Assembly: GCF_036321535.1 (NCBI RefSeq)
Contig: NC_087436.1
Location: 91,700,001 to 91,764,000 of the forward strand
Reading direction: 5' to 3'
Length of the DNA: 64,000 bases
Origin: Camelus dromedarius
Lineage: Eukaryota
The position numbers and the translations under genes were made by a program. Shown piece by piece: positions 50,311-63,885 of the stretch (its first letter is position 1; each line of letters opens with the position of its first letter). The notes beneath the pieces are model-generated. The model ran no database searches. It was not told where the DNA came from and was given only the letters and a program-made list of their open reading frames with translations.

Positions 50311-50844
50311 GGGCTGTTATCTAAGTTCTAGTAATTTTTCATTAGGCTCATAATTTGCAAGTAGACAATTATTTCTTTGCAGATATTTGTGATTTTGATT
50401 TATCTTCATAACACTTCTATTTTTCTCTTTTCTTTTCACATAGGGCTGGAATTGATGGGTTTATTTTCTCCTAGAAGTTTTAATCAACTTTTCCCAATAT
50501 TCCAATATTTCAGAAAGGGTATATTTGTTTGTGAACCCTCTCTGAGTTTGCTAAACACAGGGAAGTACTTAGAAATCATCTCAAAATTTCAAGTGTTATG
50601 TGAAAAAAAAGAAGTTTATTAACAGCATCAGATTTCAAAGCTTGCAATTTGATTTTGAAATTTTATCTCAAAGAACAAATCCACAACCTCACTAAGAACC
50701 ATATATATTTTTTAAGCTGGCTCTACAAACTTTTACCTACTCCACAAAGGTAATATCCTTTCAAAATAATTTTATTGTCTAGTGCTTGCTTTTTAATTTT
50801 ATCTGTAAGGTAATAGAGAAAGATTTACCTGTCCTCTAAACTCA

Positions 50845-50847
<3 letters not shown>

Positions 50848-50881
<34 letters not shown>
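50848..50881. repeat. Poly(T) tract, 34 nt
   Basis: Read directly from the sequence. Confidence 0.95.
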
Positions 50882-50885
<4 letters not shown>

Positions 50886-51019
50886 CAAAGTCTAATTTGG
50901 TATCTTTCAGGAGGCTACTCTTAAAAGTCTGTCTTTCTGTCTTTTTCAGCTTTGCCTACACTGAGAAGGCTTTGCTGGGAAGAAACTGGTATTTTAAGTG
51001 AGTACTCTGCATCAGGAAT

Positions 51020-51120
51020 ATTGATAAGCATTTTCCTTCATTTTACGGCAATTACTCATTTAATTCTCACAAAAACCTGATGAGGTGGGTGTTATTTTTT
51101 CTATTCCTAGATATCAAACA
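51020..51120 (-). mobile_element. MIR fragment
   Basis: 'tactcatttaattctcacaaaaacctgatgaggtgggtgttatt'. Confidence 0.65.
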
Positions 51121-51264
51121 ATTATGTTTACATTCCTTGGTGATTTAATTCTTCCCTTTCAAACATCAGAGCTGCTACCTGTTTCCTTTGCCCTTCGTTT
51201 TCAGTTAGCAAGTGTGATTTCATGCGTAGAAACACAAATTTGTTTGTTTGCAGGTATATTTAGA

Positions 51265-51510
51265 TAATGCTGCTGGGTGAGCTCAGGCTGCAGGTTAGAC
51301 AATCTTGTTTCACATATTGACTCTAACGCTTACTCAGTAAATTGGTGCAAATTGCCTAACTTCTCTGTGCCAGAGTTTCTTCAATGGCAAAATGGAAATA
51401 ATAATATTTATAATCATAGCAGTATTGGAATGATAAAATAAAAGAAGCTGTGATAAGTGCCGAGTTACAATATCTGAAACAGTATATGTCAATAGGAACT
51501 ATTGTTAATA
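51265..51510 (+). mobile_element. MIR SINE
   Basis: 'gcaaattgcctaacttctctgtgccagagtttcttcaatggcaaaatggaaataataata'. Confidence 0.7.
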
Positions 51511-52469
51511 GTATGCTTCAGTACATCCAGTGAAACAATGAATAGAAATATTTACTGTTGTTTTAGACTTTTTTTGAAATATGTCTCTATTTAAAAACTG
51601 AAAACATTTTAAGGAATACAATATTTTGCTATGATTATTATTTTACCAGTTTCAACTTAATACAACAGCGAAAATTATAATACTTAAGAAGAAAGAGAAT
51701 TTAAAAAATCAGAGCATTTCACAATCAGAGTGGTGGAATAAAGCAATGGCAAATTCTAGGACTTATGGGGATTTCTCACCCATATAATTGAAGTTTTATT
51801 TTTCGCTGCCTGGATGTCTAATGCATTTAATATTGCTTAGAAATATCCCAAACCACAAAACTCTAATGGAATAAACAAGTTATCTTTTTTTTCAATGCTT
51901 CATGGCTCAGTGTTATTGAATACAATATAGTCCAAATTTCATTTAGTTTTAAACATTTTTCTCAAAAAAAACCCTCCCTGTCAGAGCTACTCATTCATTT
52001 GTGCATTCTTTCTACACAATTTCATGTCATCTAACTAGACGATTAAGAGATACATTTTAATAAATTATCCAGATATATATTGCTTCGCATTTGAAGAATA
52101 AAAATGACTGATCAGATGCTGCCAGAATGTTACATGGGGTATAAAAATTAAATAAATAGAATTTGTAATTGATGAATCTCGTAAAAGTTAATTATCTAGG
52201 TAAATTAAATATATTCAGGTCTAAAAAAATTACCATCTAAAATCAATGCCATTAAATAATTCATTGTTTTATATGTTTGTCAAACTCACAAAATTTTCTG
52301 GTGAATATTTTATAAGTGGATTGTATTTTAAAAAGTCTTTGATGTCTCTTTTTTTAAGCTCCAAGGTTAATTGTCAAACTTTCTCATCTATGCACTGCAT
52401 TTTGACATCTGTGTTGGGATAAAGTAGCCAGGGAAACACAAAGCGGAAAAAAATAAATAACAATAGAAA

Positions 52470-52640
52470 TGTGGCAGACACAGATGTGACGCACTTGATT
52501 CTCTTCAAAAAACGAAGGTTTGCTGTCCAGCTGCAAAGAATATGGGTCAGCTGGAAACCTCTAGCTATCAGTTCTCCAGAGTGCCCCTCAGCTTCCAAGG
52601 TCATGCTGTTCTTGGGGCAACCCCCAACAAAGACTGAACA
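52470..52640 (+). mobile_element. ERVL LTR fragment, LTR16A-like
   Basis: 'tgtggcagacacag', 'cctctagctatcag', 'ccaaggtcatgctgttcttggggcaaccc...aaagactga'. Confidence 0.6.
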
Positions 52641-53096
52641 AGGTACGATGGATATGAATATGGGAGACAGGTTAGGTGTGGTGTGTATGGAGAGGAGTCA
52701 ACCCTTCAAAGCAGGGGAAGTAGCATATGTGAAAGCCCATAGGTCAGGAAGAATTTGTTCCTCTCCCCTTTTTTCCTGTGTTGGAGACTTTTCTCAAAAG
52801 CTTGTGGGATAAAAGGAAAGAAATGCTGTGCACAGCTAGATAAGAAGCACTCCAGTCCTCTGCTGAATCGGCTCTTATTGTGCATTGCTCTGCAGAACAA
52901 TCATGTGGTCTTCTGTGTCTCCTTTGCTGGAAGATGCTTCTTCAGCCTTGAAGCTTTAATTCATGTCACCTTCTCTATAAAGACTTTCCTGAAGTCCTGG
53001 CTCAAGTTTAATCATTTCCTTCACTGTATTTGGAAGGCTAAGATTTTAGCATAAAATGACTGAACAGTTACACCCATGAACTCTTGCTCACATGGA

Positions 53097-53131
53097 GTTG
53101 TTTTTTTGTTGTTGTTGTTGTTGTTGTTTTT
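53097..53131. repeat. (GTT)n/T-rich microsatellite
   Basis: gttgtttttttgttgttgttgttgttgttgttttt. Confidence 0.85.
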
Positions 53132-54065
53132 TACCGTTACAAAGGAAGTAGCATCGGGTTACACAGAGAGCAGATCCAGTGTCCTCTCACGCCCTCAGCA
53201 GAAAGTGATTCTTTCAACAAAGGTGGCTTAAAACCATCATGACAGTGAGTGAAGGACCACTGGTCCCTCAGAACCAGACGCAAAATGCTCACATTGGAGA
53301 GGCAGAAGCCATAGCAGCAGCTAAATGACATTTATATGAGCCAAGGAAAGCAGCTGGCCAACATCAGACAGTACTTACTGGGGGAAAACATATCCAGTCT
53401 TAAAAGTTATTACATGAAGATTATTATTTGCATAAACAAAGACAAAGCGATTGTGTGATTTGTCAAATGGGTTCCAGGAACAGAAGCCAGTATCAGTGCA
53501 TGCATCTCGATAGCCACAAACACAGGGATGCAAAAGCATGTTGGTACTGCAAACAAAAATGTATTTTGGGTGAGGACATTTTTTATCCTCACTTGTTAAG
53601 GATTCTCAAGTGCTTCAACAAGTAGGCAACTGGTGATTTCGTAGTATATTATTTACTATTTATTTTATGTAAAATTGTGAAATAATTATATATATTTTTT
53701 CTAATTACAGAGTTTACATCTAGCACAAGTGCATTCAGAGCAGCTGTCCTTTTCTCTTTCCTCAAAAGTTCCTAGCCAGAGAATATGAATTAGCATTGTT
53801 CATATATCCTTTCAGATCCAGAGTTGCTCCTTAATTTGAGTAAAATCTAATAAATAGCCCTTTTGTAAGATTCTAAGTTAAATAGGCCTACTTTTGTCTC
53901 AGTTTCCTCAATGTGTATGTATATAATATTGTTCTTTGTTCATATCTTTATCCCAGCATTTTTTGTTATGTGTGTAAATACATATACTTACATAAACATT
54001 CACACATACAGATGCATGTGTGTATATATGTGTATATGTTGTGTAAATACACAGTGTAAAATACT

Positions 54066-54092
54066 ATATGTATATATATATATATATGTATA
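54066..54092. repeat. (TA)n microsatellite
   Basis: tatgtatatatatatatatatgtata. Confidence 0.85.
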
Positions 54093-57000
54093 TTTTACCC
54101 CTTATTGGACTGTGAGATTGTGAGAGTCTTGTTAAAAGGGACTTCATTTACATGATGTCATAGATGTAGGATGCTGTCTCTCATTGTATTTTGATAGGTG
54201 AATGAATAAATGAACAGATGGATCCACGGCCAAAAATTTGCAGTTGGGTTTTAAAGTACGGTCTTAAAATAGTATCATGAAGTTATATTTGGAGATACTG
54301 AAGTTGAGTTAAAGGAAGCGAAATTTTCAGAGGTAATCAGTGAGGAAGTAAGCTTTGCGGATGAACCCGGGGACTCTCTGACAGTTATGCAGAACGGCAG
54401 CTGACAGAGCATATCATGTTAGAAGCCCTCTCACATGAGAGAGTATAAAAGACTGCTTTGTCTTCCCATATCTCCGTCCCTGAGCTGTGTTATCTGATGT
54501 TTTTCTGGCAGTAAGAATGGGAAGGAGAGACTAAAGCAGTCCAATAAAAAAGACTATAGTAAAAGCACCAGAGCAATTCAAAAATACAATTCTTTGCACA
54601 ATAAATATAATCTCTAAAATATCTGTAATTATGTTTTTCAATGGACTATTTTCATAATTGGATAATTTAATAAATTTTATTAAGGAGTTTACTAAATGAT
54701 TGAATTCTTTTGGTGAATTCCCTTGGAAAATGAATAAGCAACTCTTAATATGCTACATATGTATTGAGTTTTCTTAAGGGAAGAAAATCGTGTATATTTA
54801 AACATCTTCTGTGGCACACGTGGTATTTATCTACAAAGAGACAGTATATACCCAGGCTCAGGTCGTTTGGTAATGAGGAAATAATTCTGCTCATATTAAA
54901 AAAAAAATTATAAAAGCATGGTAAATGGAGTGGTTATATGCATAAACACCATAAAGTGTAGAAAAACAAAATGTAATAATTTGCAGAACTTTCTTCTAAA
55001 GAGATCAAACTGCTCTCTAGTGCATTATCTCATTTAACCTTAACTTTCTCCCTGTTCAGAAAGCAACTGAATTTATTGCCTATAAAATATTATGTATTCC
55101 CAGCTTCCTTTATACATCCTGAAATAAAAAAACTTACATTAGACAAGAACTTTACAAGCTTACTTAAAAGCTGAATTTAGGCTATGGGTGTTGCTATTAT
55201 CATGAGGTCTAAAATCACTTATTTTAAGACAAAAACTTCCGCAATCTAAGTGTAGTCTAACTAGGATTACAAACAGTGGCAGAAAACCAGAATTTCTTAA
55301 TTAAGACAACATAGCATTTAACCAGGCCACAGGACAGGAGTGATTCAACACACCTTGCATTAGTTGAGGTTTGCAAGATCATGACTCTTTTGTCACTAAC
55401 CTCTTAGTGCGAGACATCAGTCTTACTCTCCTGAATTATTACCTTATTCTCCTGCGTGGTCTACCAGTTTCTGTTTTCATTTCCACAGCCTCCACCAGCA
55501 GCTGGTCATCCAGTTCCATCGGGTCTTAATATCTGTTTTTCCAAAGAGCTCTGTAAATATTTTTATGTCTTTGACATCTACCTTTATTTTTATTCCATTA
55601 AGGCTTTTAATTTTTTTTCAATACAGAATATCATAGCATATGCCAAATAAATGTTTTCCAGAAATATTATGTCTAATCTGTAATAATTAAACAAGTTGTT
55701 TGACAAATACATGATGTCACATTATTTTTCTCAGCCTAATTTGTTGTGGCAAATTTATATGCATGTTTTCTAATTTTTTTAGTACATTTATTTATATAAA
55801 GATTTTTTAAAATTTCAGATACTGTATTTTTATTTCTAAAATGTATTTACTTATTTATTTATTCACTTATTTTTAATTTACATCCATTACTCTTCACTAA
55901 GCCTAAAGAAAAGGAGACTTCTTTTCCTTTTTTTTCTTGTGGTTAACACACTAACAAAGGCCTTTTACATACTTCTGTATCTCAGCTAGAAGGGTTAGTG
56001 TGCAACTTATGCCTGAGAAAACATACTGAGAGCTAACTGCTTCAAGAAAACCCTAAAGAAGTAAATTAACCAGATAAATAATATTTAGTAATTTTCTGTA
56101 TGGTACAATAAATGTTAGCATAATTTAACTTGAACAAAATCTGTATTTTAAAGTATTTTTTAATTAAATTAAATGTATATATAGTTTTTCTGACTAGATT
56201 TGGAAAACCTCATGAACAACGTCTTAAATAATCATACATACATATATGACATGTTTATTATTTTTTCACCTACCTTCTAATGCCAATTCCATTGTTGTTC
56301 AAAAATATTTATCTCAGTGCTTGCCAACATTAAACTGGTTTCCAAAGAATTTAAAATATATATGTTGAGCAAATTATTTTCAAATAAAGATAAGCAAATA
56401 GAAATGATGCATTTCACATGACCCAGGTCATTCATGGCTTCTTCAGCCTCTTTGACAGGGACACCTCATGTGGTCTGCAAGTGGTTCCACTAGAAAGAAG
56501 ACCTTCTCTTAGGTGATATGTTGGTATCTGGCTTACAGGGTCCACAGGCCAGTGCTGGCACTCCTTCTTCTGATAAGAGGTTCTACTCCCCTGGTCACAC
56601 AAATGGTAAACGTTCCCAACTAGATGAATCAGTTTCCCCTTTATGTCTGATTGATAGGTTGGAAGTATTTGAGCAGAAGGCCATATGTTGTGTTACCCAG
56701 TGCATTGAGACAGCTCATTTTTATTAGTAGAGAATGGAGCCAACAGAGAGAGAAGCAGAAACATAAGCAATCTTTATAATATTTAATGTTTTGTTTTGTT
56801 TTGGTCTTCCCTAAAACCAGCTCTATATCTGTACTGACCAAGGTTTGTAAAGACGAGCAATACATGTCCCATTTGTTTATACCAGGATGGAGAACCCAAG
56901 CTTCTCTAAATAACACAAGAATGGAGTCTGGCAGCACCTCTTGTTATGACTCCCTGGTGCATTCCTAAGACTGCCCCCCAACTCCCTGACCACCCCCATC

Positions 57001-57542
57001 TCAGCTCTTTCTTCCTACTGGGCTGAACAGCAATCTCAAATCCCTATTGATTCTAGACCAGGTCTCTTTCAGTGATGACTGAAAACCATTCACCCACCTC
57101 TTTCCTTCAATGACAAATTCCTTTATCCAATTATCATTAAAGTGGAGAGGTGCAGGAGATATATAGAGACATATTAATAGAACTGTAATTCAAAAAACCC
57201 AACTTTTTCTTATATTATTAAAAAAAAAAAAAGACCTGCAAGGTAAATTATTGAATATGTGCCAATGTTAGTCTTCAGTTCTTAATCGATAGAACAAGAA
57301 TCACTCAGGTTGTTCATTTCTTCTTATTCCTACGTAAAACTTATCAATTTGGATCATTTGTGTTAAGTAATCTCCCCTGAGCTTGCATTAATTAATAAAT
57401 AACCACTTTAATATCTCTTTTCTAGGGGAAAATGTCAAAGAGTACCCCCCTAATTTTTTTAACTGGAAAAGAAAGACTCAAAGGAACAACAAATAAAGTG
57501 ATTCCTTGCAAAAAAGAGTAGAGAAAGAAGGCACTTTTCTGT

Positions 57543-57836
57543 ATGGTATATATACACATTTATACAGTGGAATATTACTCAGCTATAAAACATAAAGTAA
57601 CTCCATTTGCAGCAACATGGATGGACCTCAAGATTATCATATTAAGTGAAGTAAGTCAGACAGAGAAAGACAAATATCATATGATGTTGTTTATATGTGG
57701 AATCTAAAAAAAAAAAACAAATTTTATTTACAAGCCAGAAATAGACTCATGGACATAGAAAACAAACTATGGTTATGAGAAGGGGAAAAGAGTGAGAAGG
57801 GATAGATTAGGAGTTTGGGATTTAAAAAAAAAAAAA
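57543..57836 (+). mobile_element. L1 ORF2-end/3'UTR fragment ending in an A-run before the normal 3' terminus
   Basis: 'tggaatattactcagctataaa...ccatttgcagcaacatggatggacct...ggagtttgggattt' then an A-run. Confidence 0.85.
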
Positions 57837-60800
57837 GAATGATCCACTAAGTATTAAGCTTTTAAGTAAATGTGCTTTTATAAATTATTTTTGTTTTCAT
57901 TTATGATTTTAATTTTTGCTTATTCTTAACATAAAGATAATGCTGCTAATAACATATATGGTTAGTGTGTGCCTTTAAAATTTGCCAAACTGTTTGTAAG
58001 ACCTCACGAGTCTCTCTCTTACATGGCAGGTTGAAACCACGAAGTTTTCTCCACGGTGTTATCAAAACCCACTGGTATATTAAGAGTAGTTAAAATGAGT
58101 TTGTTATACATTAAAATATAAACGTTTCACCATAATTAATTAATTTTGAATGAGTTCAAGGAATTTGATATTATCCCTGTAATGACTGTCATTTGTGTTG
58201 CTGTTTCTTTATCCTGCATGGATGAGAAGGACGTGGAACACTGGACAGTGTCCTTGGAACTGAGCATACGCTGTATCTGCCCCCTTTTTCAGCCTCACCC
58301 CACACAGAGGATCTCCTTTCAGAACTTAGTGGTTGTGCTGAATATAAATTATGGAAGAGCTTTACTTCCTTAAAAAATAATTTCAGATTCATCCAAATAT
58401 GAATGCTTGTGGAGTACTGCCATGCATATAGATGCCATCCGTTATGGGTGACTTTTCATCGAGGAAAAAGGAGGCTGAGAATCAACTGCCCAGATTGCCA
58501 CTTTTATTTACTCAGTAAATCTTCACTGGGTTCCTAATAGGGAAAAGTCACTAAAAATCTCTTAACTCTAGTTTTGATTTCTTCTAATTAGTAAAAGAAG
58601 GATTAATCATAAATAATACGTTTATCACCAGTATCTGAGTAGGAATTGTTGTTGAGTTCATTTCCTAATAGTTAGATCTATCTCATTACTAGACAGATGT
58701 TTTTAAAAGACTGTCAGTTCTCTTGCCGCCAAAGATATGTCTCCATGGGCTTGCATTAACAAGGAAAAACTCATCTTACAAAAGTATGAATATAATGACA
58801 TTTTGAAAAAGCACTGCATGATTTGGGAATATATCATCAATCTCAGCCTGTTAGATTAAATAAGGTTTATTTTAGCTTCATTTATTTAGGCTCCTTAAGC
58901 CAGTCAGTTGTAAAATTCAATCTGATTAATGTTAAACACACAGATGCCCAGTAGCAAAGAGAACTAATTCTGGAGCTTCTATAAAGGATTTTTAAAGCAC
59001 AGAGGCTCAGAAATAATTATATCTTTAATTTGAAAGTCTACATTGTTTTGCTTTCAGTTACTATATATGTACGCAGATACATTCATGTATATTATATATG
59101 TATATATTCTTTAATATTTATACATTTTAGATATAATGTATACGTATGTTCTTTAAGAGCAAATTTTAATTTATTTTTACATACGAATTCATTTCAAAAG
59201 CAGTATTGAAAACAAATTTTGGTTTAAAAAATCTCATAAGGCTCAAATGATTGTCAATTTGTTTATCTCATAGGCAAAGTCTTTTTAAAAATACACCTCT
59301 GATTTTTCATGGTGAAACTTCTCATCTGGGGATGTAGAAGAATCTCAAATATCACTCTTTAAATGAGTTTTTACTATTTTAATGAAAATCCATCCTAATT
59401 ATTAAAGAGGCCTTCTCAACTACTAAAATTGAGTATCGATACCCTTATATAATGGAAAAACAATTTTCCTAACATATGAAACTATACATTAGTTAAAAAA
59501 GGAGACCCTTTCTTCAGAATGAAATAAAATGTTTATTTCCCTAAGAACAGAACTACTGCAAGACAGACAAAAATGTCAAACAGCTACAATTTGTATAATC
59601 AGTAAAATTCAAAAAGTCATTATATCTTAACACAGGAATAATCTGAGGTCTCAAATATTTCTTTCAGATGGAAGGCTTCGTTGTCAAAATGTATACTTCA
59701 ATTAACACAATGAAAAAAGTGTGGATACAGCAACCCTTGATCCCTTACCTTTAAAACATCTTAAGATACTTTTGCTGATTTAGAACAAAAAGGAAAAGCA
59801 GCATTAAAAAAAAGCATCTAGAAGTTGGAAATTTTCAGGATTTTAAGGATAAGTTAAAGTTCTGGAGTGTGTGTGTGTGCTTGTGGTGTGTGTGTGTAAA
59901 GACATAGAGAGAGAGATTCTGTTATATAGAGAAATAAAATCAAATTGCTATAAAATGTTTCTGAACCACAAAATTTAAGAAAATAATGACATATGTGTCC
60001 TGTATCCCAAAGACAAATATTATGGATCTCAAATTTTATAGTAAAATAAGGTATTTTTATGAATTAGAAAAATTTTTTAATCCTGATAGTCAATAACTCA
60101 GAAAATATACACAATTCCCAAAAATAAGATGCTCAGAGAATTATCCCAGAATACCAGGCAAGATTATTCGTATTACTAGTTATGTATTACTATATGTATT
60201 ACTAGTTACACTAGTTCAATAAAAGAAAAAAAATCGTTATTTCCTCAAATTTTTCCTAACGTGGTAGAATCTGTTTTCCCTGGAGAAATATCGTAGATGA
60301 TAATAAAAGGGGGAGGAAGAAAATAGATAATTAAACACACATACACTGCTGTAGAAAGTTATTCCACTGTTACATGCTTATATAACCCATCTATTTTGTC
60401 TCAAGCCTTCTCTGAACTCAACAACAAGTAAATAGTTCTCTTCTGTGGGACTTTACCAACAAGAAGAGAAGCAATCTTTAAAATTTCAGATCACTAAGAA
60501 AGCCCTCACCTCCCTCACCCACACCCCAGACCTGCCGAAACACACCCCAAAGCAAGGCGTTTCAGTTTGAGGCCTTGGACGTGCTTAGTAATGCTATTCA
60601 CCCCAGCCCTATTTTTCCAATATAGTTTTTGACCTGAGAAGTCCTGGCATGACCATGACAGGAATTGTTGAAGACCCCAAAATATGAAGCAAGATTTTAC
60701 CCTTGGAAAGAACAATCTAAAACATACCCACGAGCATGAAAGGAACTGGAGAAATTAACCATGTTTGGCCTCTCTGCTAATGCGTCTATATGGAGCTAGT

Positions 60801-60955
60801 CAGCCTGCCTAGTTCTTAGGCAGGGTAGTTGCCTTGGTCCAAAATCTATGAAGAATAAAAGAACCAGAGAGGAAATGTCACCTAGGGGCAACCAGACACT
60901 GGTGCTTTTACTGTCCAGCTGCACGAATACAAAGAGAGGGAGAATGTCCTATATG

Positions 60956-62814
60956 TTTTTTTTTTCTGTGTATATATATTTTTATTGAAGTATAATCAAT
61001 TTACAATGTTGTGTCAGTTTCTGGTGTACAGCATAATGCTTCAGTCATACATGAACATACATATATTCCTTTTCATATTCTTTTTCACTGTAAGTTACTA
61101 CAAGATATTGTATATAGTTCCCTGTGCTACATAATATGAACTTGTTGTTTATCTATCTTATATATATTAGTTAGTATCTGCAAATTTATCCCTTCCCACC
61201 CCCTTCCACCTCTGGTTACCATACTTTGTTTTCTATGTTTGTGAGCCTGTTTCTATTTTGTAAATAAGTTCATTTGTCATTTTTTTTAGATTCTACATTT
61301 AAATGGTATCATATATCATATATTTTTCTTTCTCTTTCTGGCTCACTTCATTTAGAATGACAATCTCCAGGCCCGTCCGTGTTGCTGCAAATGGCATTAT
61401 TTTATTCTTTTTTATGTCTGAGTAGTATTCCATTGTAGAAATATAACACAACTTCTTTATCTAGTCATCTGTTGTTGGTCATTTAGGTTGTTTCCATGTC
61501 TTGGCTATTGCAAATAATACTGCTATGAACATTGGGGTGCATGTATCTTTTTGAATTAAGGTTCTCTGTGGAAATATGCCCAGGAAGGGGATTGCTTTAC
61601 CATATGGTAAGTCTATTTTTAGTTTTTTGAGGAATCTCCATACTGTTTTCCATAGTGGCTGCACCAAACTACATTCCCACCAACAGCCATTCTGACTGGT
61701 GTGAGGTGATACCTCATTGTAGTTTTTATTTCATTTCTCTGATAGTTAGTGATACTGAGCATTTGTTCATGTGCCCATTGGGCATTTGTATATCTTCATT
61801 GGAGAATTGCTTGTTTAGGTGTTCTGCCCATTTTTGGATTGGGTTTTTTGTTTTCCTATTATTAAGTTGTATGAGCTGTTTATATATTCTGGAAATTAAG
61901 CCCTTGTCAGTCTCAGCTTTTGCAAATGTTTCTCTCATTCCATAGGTTGTCTTTTTGTTTTGCTTGTGGTTTCCTTTGCTGTGCTTGGAAGCTTGTAAGT
62001 TTAATTAGGTCCCATTTATTTATTCTTGCTTTTGTTTCTATTGCTTGGGTAGACTGCCCCTAGGAGAACATTTTTGAGACGTATGTGAGATAATGTTTTG
62101 TGTATGTTTTCTTCTAAAAGGTTTATAGTTTCTTGTCTTATGTTTAAGTCTTTAAGCCATTTTGAGTTTATTTTTGTGTATGGTGTGAGAGAGTATTCTA
62201 ACTTCACTGATTTACATGCAGCTGTCCAGTCTTCCCAACACCATTTGCTGAAGAGACTGCCTTTACTCCATTGTATGTTCTTGCTTCCTTTATCAAAGAT
62301 TAGCTGACCAAATTATGGGTTTATTTCTGGGCTCTCTATTCTGTTCTATTGATCCATATGTCTGTTTTTGTACCAATACTATGCTGTTTTGATTACTGTA
62401 GCTCTATGCATCCTAGTATTGTCTGAAGTCTGGGAGGGTTATTCCTTCAGCTTCATTCTTTTCCTTCAGTATTGCTTTGGCAATTCTGGGTCTTTTGTGA
62501 TTCCATATAAATTTTAGGATTGTTTGTTCTAGTTCTGTGAAAAATGTCCTGGATAATTTAATAGGGATGGCATTCAATCTGTAGATTGCTTTGGGTAGTA
62601 TAGCCATTTTATCAATACTAATTCTTCCAAACCAAAAATATGGGATATCTTTCCATTTCTTTAAGTCATCTTTAATTTTCTTAGTCAATGTTTTGTAGTT
62701 CTTTGTGTATAAGTTTTTCACTTCCTTGGTCAAATTTATTCCTAAGTGTTTTATTTTTTTGGATACAATTTTTTAAAGATTGTTTCTTTACCTTCTTTTT
62801 CTGATATTTCATTC
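60956..62814 (-). mobile_element. Young 5'-truncated L1 (~1.85 kb: ORF2 C-terminal part and full 3'UTR), frameshifted
   Basis: ORF2 peptides [16 protein letters not shown]...[18 protein letters not shown]...[28 protein letters not shown] and [17 protein letters not shown]-rich tail at left. Confidence 0.95.
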
Positions 62815-62999
62815 ACAAACTATCTAGGAATAGGGGAAGTAATAAGAACCTTATATTTTCAGAGCTTATGTGACATGACCAATTTATAAGAAAATTAAAC
62901 AGACTACTTAATATTAAACAAAAAAGAATAAAGTGGATGTGCTATGTCTACCAAGCATTGCTGAGACCAATTTCCCAATAAGTAATAGTCATCATATTT

Positions 63000-63363
63000 T
63001 AAAGTAGTCATAATAATTTTTAAATAGTAATAGTAAGTTTAGAAGAAAGAATTCAGGGAGGAAATCAAGAAGAAAGAATTTATAAATATAAAGACAGGTA
63101 TAAAAAAAACAAGAAAAATGCAGGAAAGGTAAAACATACCAAAGACCTTTCTTCTTTGAAAACCTCAAGAAAATAAATAAAACTCAGGACAATCTAATCA
63201 AGAAAAAAAAAGAAAGTCAAAGCAAAAATTAGGATGAAAACATTCAGTGCAACCATAGACATGAGAGTGAGTAAACATTATAAAATATTATAAGATGTAC
63301 AACTCTTATATCTATAATAAATCAAAATATTAATGAAATATAGACTTTTTAATTGAAATACAT
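63000..63363 (+). mobile_element. Old L1 ORF2 linker-region fragment
   Basis: 'ttctttgaaaacctcaagaaaataaataaaactc...ctaatcaagaaaaaaaaagaaag...tgtacaactctta'. Confidence 0.55.
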
Positions 63364-63885
63364 CATTGGAGTTTTTGTAGCCCTTCCGAGAGAAGACCAG
63401 CATCTATTCTTAGCTCTCCCTGTAACTCTTACAACAGCTCAGATAAAAGAAGATGAAATTGCCCCCGTGGGTGCCTTGCAATAATTGGTCCAACCTCCAG
63501 TTCCTGCTTCACCCTCACAGGTCCCTCAGCAGCTGAGCTTTGCCTCCTTTCATGTCCTGCATGGTTAGAAGATGATCTTCAACAAATTGAGAAGAAACCA
63601 TAATTTTTTTTTAAGTTACAGACTTTTTGTTAAAATCATTAGAAAATATGCTGATTCTTCACAGAGGTACTACTTATTTTGTATATATTTGTTTAAAAAT
63701 GAAAATGGCTGTAGTTTAGAATTGTATCATGTTAAGAATCAAAGAAAATTTCCAGAAACGGATCCAGATATATTTAATATAAAGTTACAGAAAGCACTTC
63801 ATATTTTTCAAACTGTTTTAAAAAAATGTTTTCTTATCCTCACAGTAACTGACTGAGGTGATATAATCATTGTCACTATTTACAC

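Noticed and set aside
52471..53054. Overlapping 113-aa and 99-aa ORFs
   Set aside because: They start in an LTR16-like remnant, use non-ATG starts and show no domain similarity.
44577..54378. Shared 12-mer CCGGGGACTCTC at 44577-44588 and 54367-54378
   Set aside because: Many 12-mer matches are expected by chance in 64 kb and the flanks show no extended similarity.
56513..56605. Possible 93-nt exon (TTCTCTTAG|...ATG|GTAAAC) over the MLVSGLQG ORF
   Set aside because: Short pyrimidine tract, mediocre donor and unrecognised peptide; such site pairs are common by chance.
61479..62733. Several minus-strand ORFs with protein-like sequence
   Set aside because: Frameshifted pieces of L1 ORF2 in a 5'-truncated copy, not a host gene. 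The same applies to ORFs at 19590-20031, 37936-38288, 42944-43410 and 47182-47523.
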